Shown: positions 23,132 through 34,007 of the stretch, piece by piece
How positions within the stretch are numbered: the stretch's first letter is position 1
Layout: the number at the start of each line of letters is the position of its first letter
Virus record (IMG/VR): IMGVR_UViG_3300035422_000155
Source: an uncultured virus (IMG/VR IMGVR_UViG_3300035422_000155)
Taxonomy: Duplodnaviria > Heunggongvirae > Uroviricota > Caudoviricetes
Length of the DNA stretch: 34,007 nucleotides
Strand: one strand, 5' to 3'
Position numbers and translations under genes: made by a program
Notes under the pieces: model-generated
The model's database searches: none
What the model saw: only the letters and a program-made list of their open reading frames with translations
What the model was told of the DNA's origin: nothing

Positions 23132-26100
23132 GTTCAACGATTGATGAAAGAGTTGTCGAGATGCGGTTTGACAACAGGCAATTTGAGAGTAATGTTCAGA
23201 CCAGTTTGTCAACTCTCGACAAGCTCAAGCGTAGTCTGAATCTTGACGGCGCAACAAAAGGTCTGGAAGGTATTAGCGCAGCATCGAAAAACTGCGATAT
23301 GTCTGGACTTTCCAGCGCGGTCCAAACGGTTCAGGCTAGGTTCTCAGCGTTGGAAGTCATGGCTGTAACTGCCCTTGCGAACATAACAAACTCAGTGATC
23401 AATACCGGAAAACAGATGCTGAGTTCTTTAACCATCGAACCGATTAAAGATGGTTTTGCTGAGTACGAGTTGAAAATGGGCTCGATTCAGACAATCATGA
23501 TGAGTACCGGCGCCTCGTTGCAGGATGTAAACAAATACCTGAATGAGTTAAATACATATGCCGACAGAACTATTTACTCATTTGCAGATATGACATCCAA
23601 CATTGGTAAATTTACAAATGCCGGAGTCAAGCTCGAAGATGCTGTAATGGCTATTCAGGGTATTTCAAATGAGGCGGCCGTGTCAGGAGCAAACGCAAAT
23701 GAGGCTTCCAGGGCTATGTACAACTTTGCTCAGGCATTGTCGGCAGGATATGTAAAGCTGATTGACTGGAAGTCGATTGAGAACGCCAATATGGCGACTG
23801 TAGAGTTTAAAACTCAGCTTCTTGAAGCGGCTGTGGCGGCTGGGACAGTTGAGAAGACCACTGACGGTATGTACCGCGTTCTTACTGAAAACAATCAGGG
23901 TTCTACAATGGACGAAGCGATTGACGCTACCAAGAACTTTAACGACAGTTTGCAGTATCAGTGGATGACAACGGATGTTCTCGTCAATACCCTGAGGGAT
24001 TATGCTGACGAGACAACAGACATTGGTAAAAAGGCTTTTGCGGCAGCCCAAGAGGTCAAAACGTTTACTCAGTTGATGGACACACTTAAAGAAGCAGTTG
24101 GTTCTGGCTGGGCTATGACATGGGAAATTTTATTCGGCGATTTCAATGAAGCAAAAGCCATGTGGACGGATGCCAGCAACTATTTCGGCGGTATGATTGA
24201 TGCTATGTCGGATGCCCGAAACTCCATGTTACAGGGGTGGAAAGATCTTGGCGGCAGGACTGCGGTGATTGATGCGATCAAAAATGCATTCGGGGCTTTG
24301 GTCAGTGTTGTAAAACCTGTGAAAGATGCGTTTCGGGAGATATTCCCGCCTATGACATCACAGCAGCTTTACAATATGACGGTTGCTTTGAAAGAGTTTA
24401 CTTCTCATTTAAAGCTTAGCGATACCGCATCGGCAAACCTGAAGAAAACATTCAAGGGTATATTTGCCGTATTGGATATTGGTAAGCAGGCGTTTTCTGC
24501 CCTGTTCAAAGCGATTGTTCCGTTATTTGGCGGTTTCAAAACTCTTGGCGGAGGCGTTTTGGGCGTAACCGGGAGTATTGGTGATTTTCTTGTAAGTATT
24601 GATGAATTCATTAAGAAGAATGATATTTTCGGAAAATCTGTCCAGGGAGTTATCGACTTCGTTGGAAAAGCTGCAAATGCTTTCAAGGATTTCGCAAAAG
24701 AAGTAAAGGACAAATTCGATCTTCCGGATTTGGATACGATTAAGAAATCCGTCACCGATTTCCTGAACACTCTTAAAGAGAAAGTGAAAATTCCTGGTCT
24801 GGAATTGCTGCACTCCATGCTTGAAAGGGTTCATGTCAGGATGTCGCAGGTTGGCGATGCTGCTGGGGATATGAAAGGCGGAGTTATTATTGCAATCGGT
24901 GCGATGGGCGAAGCTCTTTCAAAGTGTAAATTCCTACAGTTGCTTCAGGCTTTATGGAATGGCGTAAAAACCATCGTCGGTGGAATTGCACAGGTTATCG
25001 GCGGTTTGGCGGATACGATTATTGAAAAACTGGGAAATGCCGATTTTAGCGGAATCATTGATTTGCTGAATGGTTTATCCCTTGGCGGTATTGCGGTTGG
25101 CCTTACAAAGTTCATAAACAGTCTTTCCAATCCATTGGATAGCCTTGGCGATATCATGGAAAACGTAACAGGTATTCTTGATGGAGTAAGGGGATGTTTT
25201 GAAGAGTATCAAAATCAGTTAAAAGCTGGAACATTGATAAAGATCGCTACGGCTATCGGTATTTTGGCGGCGTCAATCGTGGCTATTTCTCTTGTTGACA
25301 GTGATAAGCTTGCTGGTTCTCTTGGAGCAATCACGGTTATGATGACGGAACTGATAGTTGCTATGGCGGCGTTTAATAAGCTTGGCGGCGTGTCCGGTAA
25401 AGGAGCCACAAAACTTGTTGTATTTGCCGGCGCGGTTCTTGTTCTATCGAGCGCGGTGAAAAAGATGGCAAGTCTTAGCTGGGGTGAACTGGCAAGAGGA
25501 TTGGTTGGCGTTGGCGTATTGCTGGCCGAACTCGACGTTTTTATGGCTACCTCGAAGTTCAACAAGAAAGCTATGTCGAATGCAACTGCTATGGTTATAT
25601 TTGCGGCAGCAATCAAAGTTATGGCGTCCGCCGTTAAGGATCTTAGCAGTTTAGGCTGGGAGGAAATGGCAAAGGGGCTGCTCGGAGTGGGCGTTCTTCT
25701 TGCCGAAGTGGATATTTTCCTGAACACTGCGAAATTCAGTGGGAAGGCGATGTCTACGGCGACGGGAATGCTTGTCATGGCGGCTGCTTTGAAAGTGCTG
25801 GCTTCCGTATGCGGCGATTTTGCCAAGATGCAATGGGGCGAAATAGGAAAAGGGCTTACTGCGGTTGGGGCGTTGCTTTTGGAGGTTGCGGCATTCACAA
25901 AACTCACCGGAAATACAAAGCATGTTATATCTTCGGGGCTTGCCCTGGTTGAGATAGCGGCGGCAATGAAAATATTTGCATCAGCGATGGGCGACTTTGC
26001 GAGATTTTCGTGGCAGGAAATCGCAAAAGGGCTTGTTGCAATGGGCGGCGCTTTGGCTGAAGTAGCTATAGCTGCAAATCTGATGCCTAAGAACATGGTC

Positions 26101-29100
26101 GGCATCGGAGCTGGTCTTGTCGTTGTGGGTGCGGCTCTTGAAATTGTTGCAGATGCTTTGGGCAAGATGGGTAAGTTGTCATGGGAAGAGGTCGCGAAAG
26201 GGCTTGTAGCAATGGGAGGCGCCTTAGCCGAACTTGCGATAGGTCTCAACCTGATGAACGGTACACTGGCAGGTTCAGCGGCATTNNNNNNNNNNCGGCG
26301 GCTGCATTAGCGGTTCTGGCTCCGGTTCTCAGCGTTTTAGGCGCAATGAGTTGGGGCGGGATTGCGAAAGGCTTGATTACGATTGCCGGGGCATTCACAG
26401 TTATCGGAGTTGCCGGGGGAGTTCTCACACCGCTTGTCGGAACAATTCTTGCGTTGAGCGGGGCGTTTGCTCTTATCGGCGTAGGTGTTGTGGCTATCGG
26501 TGCAGGGCTTCTGGCAGCAGGATTGGGGCTGTCTGCGTTGGCGGTTGGGTTTACGGCTTTTGCGGCTTNNNNNNNNNNNNNNNNNNNNNNNNNTACGGCT
26601 GTTGTTGCCGGATTAACCGTTATCATTACCGGTGTAGCGGGTCTTATACCGGCGATTGTTGCCAAAATCGGTGAGGCAATCGTTGAATTTTGTAAAGTAA
26701 TTACCGCCAGCGCGCCTGTTATCGGCGAAACAATCAAGGCGGTTGTGTTGACTCTTGTTGATGTGCTTGTTGAATGCGTGCCTGCTATCGCAGACGGCGC
26801 TCTGGCATTGATTGCAGGAGTTTTGGAGGCATTAGTTACATATACGCCTTCAATCGTGGATTCTATTTTCCAATTCCTGATCGCTGTTCTTGACGGAATT
26901 GAGAAAAATTTGCCGGCGCTCATTCAGTCGGCGATAAATGTTCTTATGGCCTTCTTTTCCGGGGTCGTGGACGCTCTGAGTGGAATAGACGTCGATGTAC
27001 TCGTGAAAGGTATTGCCGGTATCGGTTTACTTTCCGCTATTATGGTGGCGTTAAGTGCCGTTGCAGGGCTTATTCCGGGGGCTATGGCGGGTGTGCTTGG
27101 CATGGGCGTTGTCATTGCCGAATTGGCTTTGGTGTTAGCGGCAGTAGGTGCATTGGCTCAGATTCCCGGATTATCATGGCTTATCGGGGAAGGCGGAAAA
27201 CTGTTACAGGGAATAGGCACGGCTATCGGTCAGTTTGTCGGTGGTATTGTCGGCGGATTTATGAGCGGTGTGTCGAGCCAGTTCCCTCAGATCGGTTCAG
27301 ATTTGTCGGCATTTATGATGAATATTCAGCCGTTCATAGAGGGTGCTAAGTCAATAGACGCTTCCATGATGGAAGGCGTAAAGGCGCTTGGCGAAACTAT
27401 TCTTATTCTTACTGCTGCTGATATTTTGCAGGGGTTGACTTCCTGGTTTACGGGTGGTTCTTCACTTTCGGATTTTGCCGAGGAACTGGTACCTTTCGGT
27501 ACGGCGATGAAGGCATACTCAAATGCGATTTCCGGGATAAATCCGGAAACTGTAACCGCATCGGCAACAGCGGCAAAAGCACTAGCTGAAATGGCATCCA
27601 ATCTTCCGAACAGCGGCGGAGTAGTCGGATGGTTTACCGGCGAAAATGATATGGACGAATTTGCTGCACAGTTGGTTCCTTTTGGGGAAGCTATGAAAGC
27701 GTATGGCGAAGCCGTATCGGGTATTGACGGCGCATCCATTGAAAGTTCGGCGATTGCCGGGCAGGCATTAACAGAATTGGCCCATACTGTTCCCAATACG
27801 GGAGGCGTAGTGAGCTGGTTTGCAGGAAACAACGATTTAGGGGACTTTGCGGAACAGCTTGTGCCGTTTGGCGAAGCTATGAAATTGTATGGTGATTCTG
27901 TAGCAGGAATCAATTCCGAATCGATACAGGCTTCTACGATAGCAGGTCAAGCATTGACGGAGCTTGCTAATACAGTCCCTAATACTGGCGGAGTTGTAAG
28001 CTGGTTCACCGGTAATAATGACCTTGATACCTTCGGGGAGCAGATTGTTCCGTTTGGCGAAGCTATGAAAGCGTATGGTGATGCCGTTGTGGGTATTGAT
28101 GGGGAAGCGGTAACAGCGTCTGCTACGGCAGGTCTGGCATTAACAGAATTAGCCAATACAGTACCGAATACCGGCGGGGTTGTGAGCTGGTTTACCGGTA
28201 ATAACGATCTCGATACATTCGGAGAACAAATCGTTGTGTTTGGCGAAGCTATGAAAAAGTACGGCGACGTAGTTGCGGGTATTGACGCAGCGGCGGTAAC
28301 AGCATCGACGACAGCGGGATTAGCGCTGGTAGAGTTGTCGAATGGTTTGGATAACAGCGGCGGGGNNNNNNNNNNNNNNNNNGATAACGATTTAGCGGAT
28401 TTTGCGAAGGGCATTGTGCCTTTCGGCGAGGCAATGAAATCGTATTCAGATGCGGTAAGCGGAATCAATCCGGCAGCGGTAACAGCGTCCGCAGTTGCGG
28501 CACAAAGTCTGGCAACTTTAGAAGGAAATCTTCCTGCTATCGGCGGACTTTCCGAAATCATGAATGGCGGAAACAGTCTTGCAAGCTTTGCAAGAGAGTT
28601 GATTCCATTCGGAGAAGCAATGAAACTATATTCGGATGCTGTAAGCGGGGTGAACCCTGTTGCAGTAACAGCATCGGCACTGGCGGCGCAGTCCCTGGCA
28701 AGGCTTGAGGAGAATCTTCCTGATATTGGAGGTTTTTCTGAAATTTTCACGGGTGGAAACAGTCTTGCAAGTTTCGCAAGAGAACTGATACCTTTTGGCG
28801 AGGCGATGAAGTCATATTCTGACGCTGTAAGTGGTATCAATCCGGGAGCGGTAACAGCTTCGGCTACGGCCGCACAGTCTTTATCAGAACTGGAAGCGAA
28901 TCTTCCGGATGTTGGCGGCATATCGGGCTGGATTACCGGGGATACCGACTTGGGTGAGTTCGCAGAGCGGCTTATTCCATTCGGAGAAGCAATGTTGTCT
29001 TACAGCAATGCTATTAACGGAATCGATCCGGAAGCTGTGACGGCGTCGGCTACAGCAGCACAAGCTTTAGCTGCTCTGGAAGCAAATCTTCCGAAAACCG

Positions 29101-31364
29101 GGGGTGTTGTAAGCTGGTTTGCCGGGGATAACGATTTGGAATCGTTCGCTAAAGGTATCACGCCGTTTGGCGAAGCAATGAAATCATATTCTCTGGCAGT
29201 AACGGGTATCAATGCGGACGCCGTTGTTAATTCAACTACGGCCGGTTTGGCGTTAATCGAATTGGCGAAAACACTTCCGACTACGGGCGGAATCGTTGGC
29301 TGGTTCACTGGAGAAAACGATCTGGCGGCTTTTGCCGATGGCATTACGCCTTTCGGCGAGGCGATGAAGGAGTATTCTCTGGCAGTAACGGGTATCAATG
29401 CCGACGCAGTTGTGAACTCTACGACAGCGGGCAAGGCGCTGATTGAACTGGCAAAAACTGTTCCCAATACGGGAGGAGTAGTAAGCTGGTTTACCGGCGG
29501 TAATGATATGGGACAGTTCGGCGAACAGCTTATACCTTTTGGTGAAGCAATGAAATCGTATTCGGATGCTATATCTGGAATAGATGTAGAAGCTATCACG
29601 AATTCGGCGACAGCAGGCAAAGCATTGGTGGAATTGGCAAATACGCTTCCGAATACTGGCGGGGTAGTAAGCTGGTTCACTGGCAGTAATGATATTGGCG
29701 CATTTGGAGAGAGTCTGATATTGTTTGGTAAAAACTTTGCACAGTATTCGGATTATATGAAGAATGTGGATGCCGGTATCGTCACCGCTACTACGAATGC
29801 TGCCAGTTCAATCGTTGAATTACAGAAGAGTCTGCCGGAAGAAGGAGGGTGGTTCTCTAAAGATGTAAGCCTTGCTGATTTCGGTAAGGACATGAGTTCG
29901 TTTGGTTCCTATTTCAGTTCCTATTATGCCTATATAAGCGGCGTTGATACTGGAATACTTTCCAGCGTTATTACGCAGACAAACAGACTGGTGGAGATGG
30001 CGAAAGGTATGGTGGGGCTGGATGTCAGCGGAATGACATCGTTTAGTTCTGCACTGGCAAAACTCGGCGAAACGGGTGTTACAGGTTTCATCAATGCGTT
30101 CAATAATGCAGAATCAAAGGTTAAGGCCGCGGCTTCTAATATGCTGACGGCTTTTATCAATGGCGCAAATGCCAAGAAGGCTGACGCAACAACTACTTTC
30201 ACAAATATTGTGCAGGCGGTATTAACAGCGATAAAGGCCAAGCAGTCAGAGTTTCAAACGGTTGGTTCTACATTGATGGTTAAGTTTATCGCAGGGGTGA
30301 AGTCTCAGGATAACAATGCTCGCACTACATTTACAACGATTATCAGTGGGTGTCTGACAGCAATCAAGAATAAATACACCGAATTCCAAACGGTAGGAAC
30401 GCAAACAATGATCAAGTTCATTGCGGGCGTAAAATCCCAGGACAATAATGCGAGGACAACGTATACGAACATCATGAACGGATGTCTGACAGCTATTAAG
30501 AATAAGTATACGGAGTTCCAGACAGTGGGTACTCAGACGATGGTTAAGTTTATCGCAGGGGTGAAGTCAAAAGATAACGAGGCTCGAAACACATTTACAA
30601 CGATTATCAGTGGATGCTTGACAGCTATCAAGAATAAGTACAGCGAGTTTGAGACGGTCGGCAAGGGGTGTATGGAAAAACTCATTTCGGGCGTGAAAAG
30701 TAAAGATGCGGACGTGAAGAGTTCATTTACATCAAGCCTCGGCAATGCGGTCAGCGCTGTCAAAGATTACCGAGATCAGTTTTATAGCGCGGGTTCGTAT
30801 CTGGTTGACGGATTCGCCGCTGGTATCAGTGAAAATGCGTACAAAGCATCAGCCAAAGCAAAGGCTATGGCAGCCGCAGAAGCAGCTAAGAAGGAACTGG
30901 ATGAGCATTCACCGTCTAAAGTTGGTTATCAGATTGGTGACTACTTTGGCGTGGCATTTGTCAATGCTATTGGTGATTATGAAGATAAGGCTTACAAGAC
31001 CAGCTCTGACATGGCGAATGCGGCCAAATCCGGTTTAAGCAATGCAATTTCCAAGGTAAAAGATTTCATTACTAATGGAATTGATGCTGAGCCTACGATC
31101 CGACCTGTTCTTGATCTGTCGAATGTAGAGTCAAGGATCAGTAAACTGAACACCATGCTGAGCAGAACGCAGGCATTATCCATCAGTGCAAGCATGAATA
31201 GAGACTATGCTCCGGAAATTCAAAATGGAGGTGGAAAACCTAACACAAGCAGTACGTTTACTTTTACACAGAATAACTACTCGCCTAAATCATTGTCGAG
31301 GGTTGAACTTTATCGTCAGACGAACAATCAGTTCTCGGCATTTGAAAGGATGGTGAAAGCATGA
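23128..31364 (+). CDS. Tape measure protein, ~2,740 aa; split in the ORF track only by an N-gap
   Basis: N-terminal tape-measure domain (LNTYAD.TIYSF.DMT..IGKF), Ala/Gly-rich hydrophobic and periodic repeats, C-terminal HSPS motif. The frame changes at the N-run 26286-26295; further gaps at 26569-26593 and 28366-28382. Confidence 0.9.
27300..29900 (+). repeat. About 13 tandem 186-bp (62-aa) coding repeats in the tape measure gene
   Basis: PFGEAMK recurs at 27678, 27864, 28050 and onward to 29535; unit approximately LPNTGGVVSWFTG.NDL..F...I.PFGEAMK.Y..AV.GI...AV..S..A...L.EL. Confidence 0.9.
30150..30750 (+). repeat. 4-5 tandem 132-bp (44-aa) coding repeats in the tape measure gene
   Basis: KFIAGVKS at 30282, 30414 and 30546; KLISGVKS at 30678. 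Confidence 0.9.
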
Positions 31365-32275
31365 TTAAATCAATCACTGTTACGAACTATCTTGGCGATA
31401 GTATCAAACTTGATTTGGCGCGGCCGGAGGAATCCGGCTTTGTCGTCACTTCGGTTACGGGCCTGGGATCTGGAAAAGCGAATATCAACATGACTGAAAT
31501 AGCGACAAATGATGGAAGTCTGTATAATTCGTCCAGGCTCCCAAGCCGTAACATTGTAATTTCTTTGAAATACCTATGGCAGAGTACGATTGAGGATGTG
31601 CGGCAGCTCTCATATAAATATTTTCCAATTAAGAAAAAACTCACCCTGCTTATCGAAACGGATAACAGGCAGGCAGAGATTGAGGGCTATACGGAGGCAA
31701 ACGATCCAAACATATTCAGCAAGGATGAGGGTTCAGACATTTCAATCGTGTGTCCGAATCCTTTTTTCTATTCTGCTGGAAAAGACGGAGTCAATACCAC
31801 TATCTTTTACGGTGTTGAACCGTTATTTGAGTTCCCGTTCAGCAATGAATCTCTCTATGAGTGCCTGATTGAAATGGGCTGGATTCAGAACCAGATGGAA
31901 AAAGTAGTTGTTTATAATGGCGACGCTGAAATCGGTGTGACAATCACGATCCATGCAATCGGAGAAGCGCGTAACATTACTATCTACAATACCGGTACAA
32001 GGGAAGTCATGAGGATTGACACAAACAAACTTGCATCCTTTACCGGCTCCGGGATTATAGCAGGTGATGAAATTACCATCTGCACCGTGAAAGGGCAGAA
32101 ATCAATTACGCTTCTCAGAAACGGCAAAACCACGAACATACTCAACTGTCTTGATAAGAATGCCGACTGGTTCCAGCTTGCGAAGGGTGATAATGTATTT
32201 GCGTATACGGCAGAAGAGGGAAGCACGAATCTACAGTTCAAGATAGAAAATCGAGTCATTTACGAGGGGGTATAG
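31361..32275 (+). CDS. Distal tail protein (Dit-like)
   Basis: Overlaps the tape measure stop; DG.......L..RNIV, CPNPFFY, YNGD...G and LAKGDN motifs. Confidence 0.8.
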   Translation: MIKSITVTNYLGDSIKLDLARPEESGFVVTSVTGLGSGKANINMTEIATNDGSLYNSSRLPSRNIVISLKYLWQSTIEDVRQLSYKYFPIKKKLTLLIETDNRQAEIEGYTEANDPNIFSKDEGSDISIVCPNPFFYSAGKDGVNTTIFYGVEPLFEFPFSNESLYECLIEMGWIQNQMEKVVVYNGDAEIGVTITIHAIGEARNITIYNTGTREVMRIDTNKLASFTGSGIIAGDEITICTVKGQKSITLLRNGKTTNILNCLDKNADWFQLAKGDNVFAYTAEEGSTNLQFKIENRVIYEGV

Positions 32276-32277
32276 GT

Positions 32278-33351
32278 ATGGATGTAACAGTTCTTAACAC
32301 GAATCTTGATGCCATATCCATCGTTGATGTCTACGAATCGTTCATCTGGACTGACCGGTATTATGAGTATGGGGACTTCGAGCTTTTTACCTCGATGACG
32401 GACACTATTCTCAGCTATATCAGGCAGGATTACTATTTGCAGAGCCGTGAGTCGGAACATGTCATGATTATCGAAAAGATACGGATCAATTCCGATTCTG
32501 AGAACGGAAACCACATCACGGTTACTGGCAGGTCGCTGGAATCTATTCTTGACCGCCGGATTGTCTGGGGGCAAAAGACCATAACCGGGAATCTTCAAAA
32601 TGGAATCCGTACCTTGCTGAATGAGAATGTAATATCCCCGGCGGACAACAAGAGGAGAATCAGTAATTTTATCTTTGAGGCATCAACTGACCCTGCTATC
32701 ACTTCGTTAAAGATTGATGCGCAGTATACCGGTGATAACCTGTATGACGTAATCAACAAAATCTGTAGCGAAAGAAGCATAGGCTTCAAGGTGACTCTTA
32801 ACAACAATAAGCAGTTCGTATTTAAGCTATATGCCGGGGCGGATCGTTCCTATGACCAGTCGGTAAATCCTTACGTCATATTTTCCCCAAAATTTGAAAA
32901 CATCATCAACAGCAATTATGTGGAATCTAAATCGGCGCTGAAAACCGTTACCCTGGTTGGAGGCGAAGGCGAGGGTTCTGCGCGAAAGTATACCACTGTT
33001 GGCGGGGGAAGCGGATTAAACAGGAGAGAACTTTTTACGGACGCACGGGACATTTCTTCTGATGTTGGAGACGGAGTCGTATTGTCGGATGCGGCGTACA
33101 CGGCTCAGTTACAGCAGCGAGGGAAAGAAAAGTTGGCAGAGAATACGGATGTGACCTCGTTCGAGGGGCAGGTGGAAACAACCGTTATGTTCAGGTATGG
33201 AGAGGACTTCTTCAACGGAGATGTCGTTCAGATCGCCAACGAATACGGGCATGAAACGAAGGCAAGAATCGTTGAAATCGTTATGTCCGAAGATGAAGAC
33301 GGTAACTCTGTATACCCTACATTTAAAACGATAGAACAGGAGGCGGTGTGA
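32278..33351 (+). CDS. Tail tip/baseplate hub protein (Gp37-like siphovirus family)
   Basis: Follows Dit; SFIWTDRYYEYGDFEL, VTGRSLESIL.RR, GEGEG..R, RRELFTDARD and GDVV motifs. Confidence 0.75.
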   Translation: MDVTVLNTNLDAISIVDVYESFIWTDRYYEYGDFELFTSMTDTILSYIRQDYYLQSRESEHVMIIEKIRINSDSENGNHITVTGRSLESILDRRIVWGQKTITGNLQNGIRTLLNENVISPADNKRRISNFIFEASTDPAITSLKIDAQYTGDNLYDVINKICSERSIGFKVTLNNNKQFVFKLYAGADRSYDQSVNPYVIFSPKFENIINSNYVESKSALKTVTLVGGEGEGSARKYTTVGGGSGLNRRELFTDARDISSDVGDGVVLSDAAYTAQLQQRGKEKLAENTDVTSFEGQVETTVMFRYGEDFFNGDVVQIANEYGHETKARIVEIVMSEDEDGNSVYPTFKTIEQEAV

Positions 33352-33352
33352 T

Positions 33353-34007
33353 ATGGTAACATACGGGTTTTATAACTCAAAAAATGGCGATCGAAAATAT
33401 GATGCGATTCAGATGTCAAGCATTTTTGACGGCATAATCCGGGACGGCGTTTTACAGCATTACGGAACGGCGATGGTCGTGAAAGAGTCCGAAGGGATGA
33501 TGGTGAACGTCGGCATCGGACGGGCCTGGTTTAACCATACATGGACGCTGAACGATGCTTTGCTCCCTCTGACAGTTCCTATATCAGAAGTTCTTCTCAA
33601 CAGAATTGATGCGGTTGTTCTGGAAGTTGATGCCCGTGAATCAGTCAGGGCAAACTCCATTAAAGTTATCAAAGGTACTCCGGCATCCAGTCCGAAGAAC
33701 CCAACACTGGTCAAGACAAACGACAGGTGGCAGTATCCGCTTGCCTACATCCGTGTCAACGCCGGCGTGACGTCGATTCGGCAGGCAAACATCACGAACT
33801 GTGTGGGAACGTCTGCATGTCCGTTTGTTACGGCTCCGCTGGAAAAGATGTCTATTGATGCGCTTATAGCACAGTGGGGAGATCAGTGGAAAGCCTTTTA
33901 TGGCGCTCAGACGGCGGATATGGAGGCTACAAATACTTTCTGGAAAAACCAGTGGAGGACGTGGTTCCAGGCACAGACAACAGAGATTCAGGAAGCATAT
34001 CTGAACT
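33353..34007 (+). CDS. Minor tail/baseplate protein, 3'-truncated by the window end
   Basis: AGGAGG RBS; open frame MVTYGFYNSKNGDRKYDA...RIDAVVLEVD...IKGTP...YPLAYI to the end of the window. Confidence 0.75.
   Translation, partial: MVTYGFYNSKNGDRKYDAIQMSSIFDGIIRDGVLQHYGTAMVVKESEGMMVNVGIGRAWFNHTWTLNDALLPLTVPISEVLLNRIDAVVLEVDARESVRANSIKVIKGTPASSPKNPTLVKTNDRWQYPLAYIRVNAGVTSIRQANITNCVGTSACPFVTAPLEKMSIDALIAQWGDQWKAFYGAQTADMEATNTFWKNQWRTWFQAQTTEIQEAYLN

Larger units (their letters stand above)
11855..32603 (+). promoter_or_regulatory. Dispersed TTCAAAATGG motif (candidate phage-specific regulatory site)
   Basis: Exact copies at 16912, 18815, 20861, 22977, 31219 and 32594; one-mismatch copies at 11855 and 13258; a two-mismatch copy at 5858. 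All on the + strand. Confidence 0.4.
1..34007 (+). mobile_element. Segment of a siphovirus-type tailed phage or prophage genome (late-replication, transcription, packaging, head and tail modules)
   Basis: Co-oriented terminase, portal, protease-capsid, head-tail, major tail, chaperone, tape measure and tail-tip genes. No host housekeeping genes, integrase or att site in the window, so lytic versus temperate cannot be decided. Confidence 0.97.

Noticed and set aside
26181..26310. Apparent frameshift or two-gene split of the tape measure protein
   Set aside because: The frame change coincides with the N-run at 26286-26295, so it is an assembly gap of uncertain length rather than a programmed frameshift or pseudogene.
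33452..33466. LQHYG in the last tail protein, matching the LxH leader motif
   Set aside because: It lies at residues 34-38 inside an apparent folded tail domain, not in a leader. Likely chance, and a reminder that the motif is short.
1..34007. Stop-codon reassignment
   Set aside because: Genes are full length in the standard code, and TAA, TAG and TGA all end genes directly before the next RBS.

Overview
The whole 34-kb window is one segment of a long-tailed (siphovirus-type, HK97-fold) phage genome, with every credible gene on the + strand. A Firmicutes/Clostridia-type anaerobic host is inferred from strong GGAGG ribosome-binding sites, a class III ribonucleotide reductase and a GH25/CHAP/CW_7 lysin. 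Left to right it holds: nucleotide-metabolism genes (NrdD, DUF1653-like, MazG-like, nucleoside deoxyribosyltransferase-like); an iteron/AT-rich origin-like region; a moron-like cassette (host-type promoter, ~100-nt structured RNA, terminator, 348-aa unknown protein, 43-aa membrane peptide); two nucleases; a 959-aa single-chain two-barrel RNA polymerase (RxP...GADFDGD, with three HTH-like motifs); a 630-bp non-coding packaging-site/ncRNA region; and the head and tail morphogenesis module, ending in a truncated tail-tip gene. The most interesting inference is a shared 'L-x-H' signal at the N-termini of the RNA polymerase and three basic head-module proteins, which also recurs five times in the protease-scaffold-capsid linker. 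It may mark proteins, including the polymerase, for packaging and prohead-protease processing. A strand-specific TTCAAAATGG motif through the late region is a candidate site for this transcription system. No database searches were possible, so family calls rest on motif recognition and gene order. Three N-gaps lie in the tape measure gene.
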